The notes under the pieces are model-generated. The model ran no database searches and was not told where the DNA came from. It saw only the letters and a list, made by a program, of their open reading frames with translations. Below are positions 38,737-47,099 of a stretch of 64,000 nt of DNA, one piece after another (the first letter of the stretch is position 1; each line of letters begins with the position of its first letter). A program made the position numbers and the translations under genes. The DNA comes from Candidatus Heimdallarchaeum endolithica (lineage in GTDB: Archaea; Asgardarchaeota; Heimdallarchaeia; Heimdallarchaeales; Heimdallarchaeaceae), in NCBI GenBank assembly GCA_021513715.1, contig CP084167.1, positions 2,144,001-2,208,000 on the forward strand. Reading direction: 5' to 3'.

Positions 38737-39324
38737 TTATTTGAGTGAATATTGTTTCATTGCGGAAATATGTTCACCAGACTCGTTTACAATTATCTTT
38801 TCAACTAAATAATCAAATAATGGATACACGTTATCTCCATACATACCGCTTACAAGAAAGTGCTTTTCAATACCATGTGTATTCATGAAATTATATATGT
38901 CTTCGATTGTTACCTCTGCATCACCAATATCTATTTTGTTTCCTACAAGCACTTCTGGAACTTGAAGAATGTTATTTTCTTTAAAATAACTGCGTACTAT
39001 CTCAACAAATTCATAAAGCAGATATAAGGTTTCTATGTCATTAACGTCGTAAACATATACAATACCTTTCACTCCTCTTAAGAAAATATCAATCATAAAT
39101 CTAAATTGTTTTTGACCTGCGAAATCCCAAATTTGTAAAGCGATTGGTGTAGATTTATGAATAAGATTCTTTACTGCTATGTCAACTCCTTTTGTCATCG
39201 TAATTTTTCCTGCTTCCGATAAATCTTCAGAATATTTTTTTGATATTGTTGTTTTTCCTACTGACCCTTCGCCTAATATCGCAATTTTTAGAGTTTTTTT
39301 TGTTTTCCAATTTTCTGAGATCAT
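38737..39324 (-). CDS. Ras-superfamily (Rab-like) small GTPase
   Basis: G1 GEGSVGKT, G2 T, G3 WDFAGQ, G4 NKID, G5 SGM; no C-terminal prenylation Cys. Confidence 0.93.
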   Translation of the reverse strand: MISENWKTKKTLKIAILGEGSVGKTTISKKYSEDLSEAGKITMTKGVDIAVKNLIHKSTPIALQIWDFAGQKQFRFMIDIFLRGVKGIVYVYDVNDIETLYLLYEFVEIVRSYFKENNILQVPEVLVGNKIDIGDAEVTIEDIYNFMNTHGIEKHFLVSGMYGDNVYPLFDYLVEKIIVNESGEHISAMKQYSLK

Positions 39325-39366
39325 TGTTAAGTCAACTACTTTAACTATTTAAAACACCACACTTTT

Positions 39367-40701
39367 TTATTTACCAGCTACTAGGCCATGAATAGAAACA
39401 GTTGTGTACTTTGGTTTTTTACTGAAAATTGAGAATTCACACCCAGAATATAAAGTGATGAAAGGTACGTTATCTCCTAATCTCTCAGCAAGTTTCTTAT
39501 TTTCTTCTGCAATCTTGTCTCCTGCAATTAATAGCCTGTTGGCACAATTAATAAAAATACCAAATTTTGGATTAGTAATTTTCTCAGCGGCTTTATTTAC
39601 ACACTCATAAGCTGATTTTTCTATTCCTAATCCTGACTGTGTAAACAATTCAGCTTTTATGGGGTCTTCAGTTATTTTACTAGGGGGTAAAGTTGAAACA
39701 ACTCCCTTTAGTTTTGGATGATTTGCCGTCATAAATGGGTGGTAGTTTCCATCTTCTTCTTTAATTCCTGATAGATAAAGTGCGTTTGCATAAGAAAATT
39801 TCTCAAAGAATTCATTATATATATCACTTGGGACATCCATTATTTGTAAAAGTTTGTTATTTGCTCTCTCTCCGTTTATTTTTTGAATATATCCGCTTTT
39901 CAATTTGTGAGTGATGGAATATTCCTTTGTCTTTTCTGATTTATCAAAGGTCCAACTATGTCCAAATTTTATTGTATCTGATGAGAAACTTGTTCCTACT
40001 AAAGAATTGCTATAAATAAAATCACTTACAAATTGATAATTGTTTTCTAGATCAATATCGAAAGTTGCACCACCAATTAATTCTGAAACATTATTTATTG
40101 CTAGATAATTCAATAATTCATCTATATAACTTCCAGTACCCAGACCTTGTTTTCCTAATAACCATTCTAATCCTGAACCAAGGACATTAAACATCTTTTG
40201 ATATCTTATAGCAGGATAACTATCGAGTAACTTTAGTTGTTCCATTGCATTTGGTTGAAGTTTTGGTCCTGTAGAAAGAACAAAAGCTATTTTTGATTTC
40301 GCTTTTGTAGTATTATATATTTTTGGGAACTCAGTGATAAACTTCTTTTTCTTTGTTCTAATATTTTTGTAGATAATCGGTCTTTGAACTTTTATCTCGC
40401 TTCCCTTGAAAGTAAAAGCTGCTCCCCCTTGAGTTGTCGGGACTTCATTCTGGACTCCTATTGCTGGAAATGTCCCTCCAATTAGATTCTTTACTCCTGT
40501 TTCTTGAGTTAGTAGTTCTAGGGCTCTTTTGTAATCTGTCCTCTTATATTTTGATGTAAAAGCTATTAGCAGAAAATCAGGTATCCCTTTGATTTCCAGG
40601 ATTACATCATCAATTAGTTCTTTTACTACTTTCTTGAGCGATCGATTACTTACCATTCCTGATTTTACTTGCAAAATGGACACCTCACATATAGTTTTCA
40701 A
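39367..40701 (-). CDS. FIST-domain sensory protein
   Basis: FIST_N-like PDFLLIAFT...LIGGT; FIST_C-like GIFINCANR...LYSGCEF. Confidence 0.8.
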   Translation of the reverse strand: MKTICEVSILQVKSGMVSNRSLKKVVKELIDDVILEIKGIPDFLLIAFTSKYKRTDYKRALELLTQETGVKNLIGGTFPAIGVQNEVPTTQGGAAFTFKGSEIKVQRPIIYKNIRTKKKKFITEFPKIYNTTKAKSKIAFVLSTGPKLQPNAMEQLKLLDSYPAIRYQKMFNVLGSGLEWLLGKQGLGTGSYIDELLNYLAINNVSELIGGATFDIDLENNYQFVSDFIYSNSLVGTSFSSDTIKFGHSWTFDKSEKTKEYSITHKLKSGYIQKINGERANNKLLQIMDVPSDIYNEFFEKFSYANALYLSGIKEEDGNYHPFMTANHPKLKGVVSTLPPSKITEDPIKAELFTQSGLGIEKSAYECVNKAAEKITNPKFGIFINCANRLLIAGDKIAEENKKLAERLGDNVPFITLYSGCEFSIFSKKPKYTTVSIHGLVAGK

Positions 40702-41044
40702 TTGTACTAGCTTTTCTTTTTGTTTCGACAGCTAATAGACTCAAGTTTGCAGTATTATTTGCTAAAGTTGTTAATATTCCTATTTTTCCTATAGCAAAAA
40801 ACAGAATACATGTATCAGAAAGTTCGTAAGTGACTTTTTGAAGATTATTTCCTCTCATTTCTTGTGAGACTCTAGGAACATTATCCTTACACCATTGTAA
40901 TACCCTTATTTTTCTACTTGTATAGTTATTATCAAATGATGATTCTATTACACTTCCGTCGATTCTAAATAATACTACTGCTTCTACATCTTCTAATTCA
41001 AGTAAATCTTCTAATTCAGATTTTACTCTATTAATAGAACTCAT
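40685..41044 (-). CDS. Roadblock/LC7-domain protein
   Basis: 119 aa; VEAVVLFRIDGSVIES start and ANLSLL end pattern of the roadblock fold. Confidence 0.85.
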   Translation of the reverse strand: MSSINRVKSELEDLLELEDVEAVVLFRIDGSVIESSFDNNYTSRKIRVLQWCKDNVPRVSQEMRGNNLQKVTYELSDTCILFFAIGKIGILTTLANNTANLSLLAVETKRKASTIENYM

Positions 41045-41973
41045 CTTTTTACCTCTTGTACCATTCCACTATCAGCAAGTAATTTTATTATTTCATAAGT
41101 TGTTTCTTGATTTTTTTTGTTCGGCTTTTTTATTAGATCAATGCCAATTTCCGCTATTGTACGCTGTTTTTTATCACTAGATTTAGACCATAGTCTCAAT
41201 TTTTCTAAAACTTCTTGTTTTCTTTCTTCTAAGTACACATTGAACGATGTTTCATGTTCAGTTCCTGTTTCGATTTCAATACCTGTTCCATAGTTAAATC
41301 GTAATGGATAAATTCCTTCTAAATGAGCAGTTTTTCGTGATTTCACCACTTTACAAGTTCTGTTATACTTTCCACCTAAACCTAAGTTTTGGATGTGAAT
41401 TACTGTATCTGATAAGTAGATTGGTACTCTTGTCTCACTTGCACCAATATCTGTTTGTCCAAACGCATTTGGTTCTTCTACTGTCTGTAAAACTGTTCCT
41501 AAAGAACTTAGGTAATTATAGACTTTAGTTAAAACTCTTCTTTGTTCTTTCTCTGTTGTGAATTCCCAAAGAATGGGTGTTAATGGATCTAATACAATCC
41601 TTGTGTGCTTAACTTGTTGTGTTTTCAACTTTTTTGCAAGTGCAGGTAATATTTCAGTCATAAATTCTACTATTTTTTCACTTTCTACTAAATGAATGAC
41701 TTCACTTATATTTTGATGATGTTCTTCAAGATTAATACCAAGAGATTTTCCTTCTGATATTAACTTCTTTGGCTCTTCTTCAAATGATAAGTATAAAACA
41801 TCGTCTCCTGCAATTAATCCTTGTTGTAAGTATGCTAGTGCAAAAGTTGTTTTTCCAGTTCCGCTACTTCCAACAATAGAATTAACTGAGTTTTTTATAA
41901 ATCCTCCGTAGAGTAATTTGTCTATTCCATTAATTCCGGAAGATATTCTATCTATGTTTTCCATTATTATCAA
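41041..41973 (-). CDS. KaiC-like (RAD55) single-domain ATPase
   Basis: ISSGINGIDKLLYGG, GSSGTGKT, SFEE, VLDP, VKSR. Confidence 0.9.
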   Translation of the reverse strand: MIIMENIDRISSGINGIDKLLYGGFIKNSVNSIVGSSGTGKTTFALAYLQQGLIAGDDVLYLSFEEEPKKLISEGKSLGINLEEHHQNISEVIHLVESEKIVEFMTEILPALAKKLKTQQVKHTRIVLDPLTPILWEFTTEKEQRRVLTKVYNYLSSLGTVLQTVEEPNAFGQTDIGASETRVPIYLSDTVIHIQNLGLGGKYNRTCKVVKSRKTAHLEGIYPLRFNYGTGIEIETGTEHETSFNVYLEERKQEVLEKLRLWSKSSDKKQRTIAEIGIDLIKKPNKKNQETTYEIIKLLADSGMVQEVKR

Positions 41974-42041
41974 TTACTATACATATGAAAATTATATAAA
42001 GGCCAAAAAAATCCTTGAAATGAAAAAGAAGGTTTGTATAA

Positions 42042-42800
42042 ATGAAATTAACTGGTTTCCTCCGTTCGATATTTAGAGGTAAAGAAAAGGATTTCATGGA
42101 AAAATTTTACAAGATGTTAAGTGAAAAAAGGTATGTAAATTTAGCTAGAATTGAAACAAAACTATCCTACACTCAAAGAGTAGAATTAGTAAATAAATTA
42201 CTAGCGGATAATTTAATTTCTGGTATTTTCTTGCCTGAGAAAAAGTACTTTTTTTCATTTGATAAAAAAATGCTGGAAGAAACAGAACAAAGATTTAAGC
42301 AATCAGGCAAATTAGATGCACAGAAGTTAAAAAAGCAATGGTCTATAAATGAAAAATTATTGAAATTTGTACTCCAAAAATTCGGAAAAGGATTTTTGGG
42401 CTATACATACTATTATTCATATGATTATGTTTACTCTCTATTGAAAAATAATTTAGTAAAATGTGAGGATGAGTTCTCTCTTAAGAATCTATCTAGTGAA
42501 CTTGGCTTGGATGAAGAAATTATTATTAAACTTACGAAGACTCTCTTAAATGAGAGTGAAGTTAGAGGGGCGATAAAAGGTAATTCTTTGTTCCTTTCTG
42601 AGAAAAAAACCTTCGAGTTAATAATGGAAATAATTGAAGAACAAAGCGAAAATACCTTTGAGATAGCCTTTGATGATATCTCAAAAGTAGCTGATATTCC
42701 AATAACCTTTATTGAACCAATTCTATTTAAGATTGTTCAAGAAAATCCAGATAGATTCACTTTATATCCTATTGATAAAAAAATATTGATAAAAAATTGA
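42042..42800 (+). CDS. Tandem winged-helix protein, UFL1 (UFM1 E3 ligase)/PCI-like
   Basis: Repeated winged-helix units ending in LxxxxxIxG motifs (LLADNLISG, LLNESEVRG); resemblance to the UFL1 N-terminus judged by eye. Confidence 0.55.
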   Translation: MKLTGFLRSIFRGKEKDFMEKFYKMLSEKRYVNLARIETKLSYTQRVELVNKLLADNLISGIFLPEKKYFFSFDKKMLEETEQRFKQSGKLDAQKLKKQWSINEKLLKFVLQKFGKGFLGYTYYYSYDYVYSLLKNNLVKCEDEFSLKNLSSELGLDEEIIIKLTKTLLNESEVRGAIKGNSLFLSEKKTFELIMEIIEEQSENTFEIAFDDISKVADIPITFIEPILFKIVQENPDRFTLYPIDKKILIKN

Positions 42801-42967
42801 TTTTTTTATTCTTTATACTTCAAGGTAGTAATCACAATTTTTTGTAAGCCCTTTTTCTGACGTTTTTGTTAAGCCAATATAGGTGCTGTTTGTTTTTTTA
42901 CAAAATTTTTTGTACTCCAAATAACGAAATGCTTATTAATAGGAATAAAATGGGTGAGATGATTAAT

Positions 42968-43075
42968 ATGGACTTTAATGTAGTATATGTGTTGACTATT
43001 GTACTAGCAATATTGGGTGCATTTTTTGGACTTTTCTTTCATGCATTTCACACAGGATCATCTGATTCAGAATAA
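42968..43075 (+). CDS. 35-aa single-pass membrane microprotein
   Basis: GGTGA SD at 42953; MDFNVVYVLTIVLAILGAFFGLFFHAFHTGSSDSE; T-rich tract after the stop. Confidence 0.65.
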   Translation: MDFNVVYVLTIVLAILGAFFGLFFHAFHTGSSDSE

Positions 43076-43099
43076 ACTTTTCTTTATTTCTTCCTCTTG

Positions 43100-45214
43100 T
43101 TAAATTGATTTTAATATTTCATTAGCTCCTTCACGATAATCTAAAAAGTCCACTTTTGATGCACTGACCTCTATAACGTTAAGGTAATTATTTAATCTCG
43201 CAAAACCTGTGATTCTAACAAGTTTTCCTATGAAATTTTTATTTTTCAAGTACATATAAGGTGCTTTATCTGATTCACTCTCATTAATTAAAGATATAAC
43301 TGCTTGTGTTTCCATTCCTATTACATGTTCAGCTGTTTTTCTACTGCAAACTATGTTTAAATTTTCTGTTCCGTCATTTATTACAAAATTGAAAATAAGC
43401 AGGGGGTCAGCTTCAGGAATTACATTATGTGTAGGGCATATAAATTGACCATCATCATCAATAGAAACTTTTTTTCCACAATCTTTACATAAATGATAAA
43501 TAAACTGTCTGTCATACAAATGTATTATTGTTCCTTCTACTACTACTTTCTCTCCTTGTTTTATCTCATCTAAGTCTTTGATTTTCTCTTTTGACAATTC
43601 AATTTCTGCTATTTGATTTCCTGAAACAAATCCTGTCATTTCATCTGGTTTTTTATCACTCTTTATCAAAACAGTGCTATTTGTAATTATCAAATCTGGA
43701 GGGTAGTTTTCATTTATTTTCACTTTTGCATTTATTATTTGGACATAATCATTATCTGAGAATTTCACTAATTTTTTAACGTTATTTCGCCAACATGTTA
43801 CACGAATTTTTCCTGTGTTATCATTTAAATTAAAAGTTTGTAATTCTACTGTTTCTCCTGTTTTTGTTTGGATTTCTCTTATTGGTTCTAAATTTGTTAT
43901 AACTCCACTAACATTTATTATATCTTGGTCACTTGAGATTCCATCAACAGTTGTAAAATCTATACTTAAATCTTTGAGTTTTCCCTTAATTTCATCCACT
44001 ATAATCTTTGTTTGGTTTCCACAGTAAATTTCTAGCCCAAAATTATTATTTTTCTTTGTATATCCTCCTATTATCTTTAGTTGTTTATGAAGATCCTCTT
44101 CATTTACTTTTTTGGCATTGTTGTCCCATAGTACAACACGTATTGAAGTTGTTCCATCAGAAATAATTAAGTTGCGAACTAGTCCTTCTGTCCCATCATT
44201 TCTCCTAAATTCTCTTATAGGCATTATTGAAGTGATAATCCCTTTAGTTGAAACCATTCTGTTTGATTCATTTATATTATCTAAAGGTTCTAATTCTATA
44301 TTTTCAATATTGTTGGCTCGTATTAGTTCTTTTTTTACCTTGACTTCTCTTTCAGCATCTAGTTTTATGATTTTGCTTACTCGTGTAGACTGTAATTCTA
44401 TTTGTCCATCTCCTCTGATCTTGGCGTTTAATCCATTAACATACACTAATTCTCCTATTTTAAACTGCAAAATTTCTGATGCTAATTCATTCCAACAGTT
44501 CACTATTACTTCTCCTGTTTCGTCACCAATAATTGCAGTAACTTTGTATCCTTCTGTCCCATCATTTCTTTGGAAATTTAACATCTCTTCGTCTTTTTTA
44601 GTTATTTTTCCAAAGATTGCTAAATCCTTCTCAGTTCCTTTTATTTTTTCAATTTTATATGTATCTATTTTATATTCTGGTAAATCAGTTTCGCTAATAT
44701 CTGATGGGCGAATTTGGACATATCCTTTGTTTCCTACGTGAAGCTCGCACTCTCCATTTTTACCTTCTTTTGTGTAAGCTCCGATAATTCTGATGGGGTC
44801 TCCAATTTTGCAATTTGCATTCCTTAAATCAGCAACCTTTTGATCCCAACACACTACTCTAATCGTTCCTGTTTTATCTTCAACAATTAATGATTGTAAA
44901 ACTCCTTCTCTATTAGTTGTTTTTGATTGAAAAGTATATTCTCCATATATTCTTAAAACTCTACCAGAAATTGAAACATTATTCAAATTTGGTACTAAAT
45001 CTTTTATTGGGGTTGTGGCAGGTAGAGCTTTTTCGATTTCCTCTCTTGAGGATAAGTCAACATTAAGATCTTTTGCAACAATATGTGCCGCCCCTATTTC
45101 TGTAACAAGATCACCTAGTTTTTCTTTATGTTCCGATATCAATTTATGAATTTCATCTTTTGTTTTTCCTGTTTCTAAAACTATTTTATCAATTATTTCT
45201 TTTAAATTATCCAT
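43100..45214 (-). CDS. rpa: Replication protein A large subunit (multiple OB folds + Zn finger)
   Basis: Repeated D.TG.IR..(C/L)W OB motifs, CKDC...CPTH finger, IND.T in the last OB fold. Confidence 0.92.
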   Translation of the reverse strand: MDNLKEIIDKIVLETGKTKDEIHKLISEHKEKLGDLVTEIGAAHIVAKDLNVDLSSREEIEKALPATTPIKDLVPNLNNVSISGRVLRIYGEYTFQSKTTNREGVLQSLIVEDKTGTIRVVCWDQKVADLRNANCKIGDPIRIIGAYTKEGKNGECELHVGNKGYVQIRPSDISETDLPEYKIDTYKIEKIKGTEKDLAIFGKITKKDEEMLNFQRNDGTEGYKVTAIIGDETGEVIVNCWNELASEILQFKIGELVYVNGLNAKIRGDGQIELQSTRVSKIIKLDAEREVKVKKELIRANNIENIELEPLDNINESNRMVSTKGIITSIMPIREFRRNDGTEGLVRNLIISDGTTSIRVVLWDNNAKKVNEEDLHKQLKIIGGYTKKNNNFGLEIYCGNQTKIIVDEIKGKLKDLSIDFTTVDGISSDQDIINVSGVITNLEPIREIQTKTGETVELQTFNLNDNTGKIRVTCWRNNVKKLVKFSDNDYVQIINAKVKINENYPPDLIITNSTVLIKSDKKPDEMTGFVSGNQIAEIELSKEKIKDLDEIKQGEKVVVEGTIIHLYDRQFIYHLCKDCGKKVSIDDDGQFICPTHNVIPEADPLLIFNFVINDGTENLNIVCSRKTAEHVIGMETQAVISLINESESDKAPYMYLKNKNFIGKLVRITGFARLNNYLNVIEVSASKVDFLDYREGANEILKSI

Positions 45215-45307
45215 CTAAATCCTCTTTCTTTTTAGTTATCATGATTTTTAATATAGCTTTTTTTTGATATTTTTTTATTTAATTCATCAATGTTCTCTTT
45301 TATTATT

Positions 45308-46636
45308 TTATAAGTAATATTTATCCTGTCCTTTTATTAAACTAAAACCTATTATACATTTATTCTCTTGTTTTAGTTCAAATTTTTTTCCTTGGTAATA
45401 TTTTATTTCTTCGCTAATTACTAGGTGACAATTGGGATATTTTTTAAGAATTTTTAGTAAGTCTTCAATATCTTCTCTCCATATTTGTAAAATATAAAAC
45501 CATAGTTGATTATTTTTTTTATCTATAACATGATATTCTTCCAAAGATGGAAGTAAAGGGTATAAAAACACCTGTTTTGTCTTGGTAATTAGCAAAATTT
45601 TTACATGATTTTTACTTTTTATCCTGATTTCAGGGTTAATTATACCTTGTTGTACAAATCTTTGTTTTGCTCTAGTTAATGTACGTTCTGATATCTCATA
45701 ATTTTCAGTTATCTGTCTAAAATTTGGTCTTTTATAATCTTTTGAACAATTCACTAATAAGCTTATAATATAGTCAATAGATTTTTTTTCTGGATGATTT
45801 GTGTTGTCATGAACTAAATATTGTTTATCCTTTAATTTTTCGTTTTTTTGCAGCATTATTTGTTCTATTATTTTATTTTGTTTGGATAGGTTTCTTTTCT
45901 TTATGATTATTGGAATATTGATTATATACTTTTTATTAACTATTTTATAGTCTGCTGTTTCATTTTCATTTAAAGATATGACTTGTTGTATCTTTAAATC
46001 AGGAAAAAGAGTATAATTCTTTTTTATTAGTGTTGATTTGCCAATTTCTTTTTCTGATAGACTGAAATATTCGTTTATTCCAACTTTTTTCCAATCAATA
46101 CTAGCTTCTAACTTTATTCCTTTTTTCCTCAAATTGTTTATGATTATTGTGATCTTCTTGTTGGAAACGTTTAATCTTTTTGCAATTTCATTAAATATTA
46201 TTGGTTCCTTGTTTTCTATTTGTTCATTTAGCAATTTTAAGAATTCTTTTTCTAGTGGAGTAAATGTGTTTTTTTCTAATAGTTGTCTTGAAAAATAATT
46301 TTCTATTTCTTTTAAATTCATACCTTTGAAATAAATAGAATCATGGAATTGTTTTAGTTCTGGAAAGAAATTTTTGTAATCCGCATATTCCATTAAAAAA
46401 ATGTTTTTTTCATACTCTTTAGAAAAGAAATAACTCTTAAACAGTCTTACAATAATATCTTTTATTGTAGTTTCGAATTTTGGAAAAGAGTCTCTGAATA
46501 ATGTACATACTTTTTTTTGACTATACTTTACTTTTTTCATCCTAAATTCAGTAGGAGATATATAGCCCTTAAGTAGGTTTTCTATTAACTTTTTTATCTC
46601 CTTAATTTCTTCATGGATTTTTGCTTCTTTTATCAT
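45308..46636 (-). CDS. Hypothetical protein with two HTH (Lrp/AsnC-like) segments
   Basis: FNEIAKRLNVSNKKI and FRQITENYEISERTL. Confidence 0.6.
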   Translation of the reverse strand: MIKEAKIHEEIKEIKKLIENLLKGYISPTEFRMKKVKYSQKKVCTLFRDSFPKFETTIKDIIVRLFKSYFFSKEYEKNIFLMEYADYKNFFPELKQFHDSIYFKGMNLKEIENYFSRQLLEKNTFTPLEKEFLKLLNEQIENKEPIIFNEIAKRLNVSNKKITIIINNLRKKGIKLEASIDWKKVGINEYFSLSEKEIGKSTLIKKNYTLFPDLKIQQVISLNENETADYKIVNKKYIINIPIIIKKRNLSKQNKIIEQIMLQKNEKLKDKQYLVHDNTNHPEKKSIDYIISLLVNCSKDYKRPNFRQITENYEISERTLTRAKQRFVQQGIINPEIRIKSKNHVKILLITKTKQVFLYPLLPSLEEYHVIDKKNNQLWFYILQIWREDIEDLLKILKKYPNCHLVISEEIKYYQGKKFELKQENKCIIGFSLIKGQDKYYL

Positions 46637-46859
46637 TATCTTTATTACTATGACTATTTATAAAAATACAACAAAATTATTCCTTTAACTTTTACAAGTG
46701 CATATTATTATCGAAAAACTTATTATATATAAGCAAATTGCTATTTTTAACATTAAAAAATTATTATAATTGATGATTATTGCTGATAAATTACATGAAT
46801 ATTATAGTAAACAAAAATTTTATTAATTGTCTTGTTGTTGAGTGTAGTGGGGGATACAA

Positions 46860-47018
46860 ATGCCAACGATTAAGAAATGTGCTATGTGCGGATGTAGTAG
46901 TAATCATCATCTCATAATGGGGGAAGATGGAAAATATTATTGCCTTCCTCATTACGTTGTACAATATTTAAATCACAAATCTGATAATACAAAAACACGA
47001 GTAAACTTTAGTTTGTAA
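46860..47018 (+). CDS. 52-aa zinc-finger microprotein (CxxC...CxxH), not in the ORF track
   Basis: MPTIKKCAMCGCSSNHHLIMGEDGKYYCLPHYVVQYLNHKSDNTKTRVNFSL; G-rich SD upstream, T-tract after the stop. Confidence 0.75.
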   Translation: MPTIKKCAMCGCSSNHHLIMGEDGKYYCLPHYVVQYLNHKSDNTKTRVNFSL

Positions 47019-47099
47019 TTTTTTTTGATTTTATTTCATTTTTAAAATTGAAAAAAATAAATGTAAAACTAAAGAAAAGAAAAAAGAAAAGAGAAGTAA

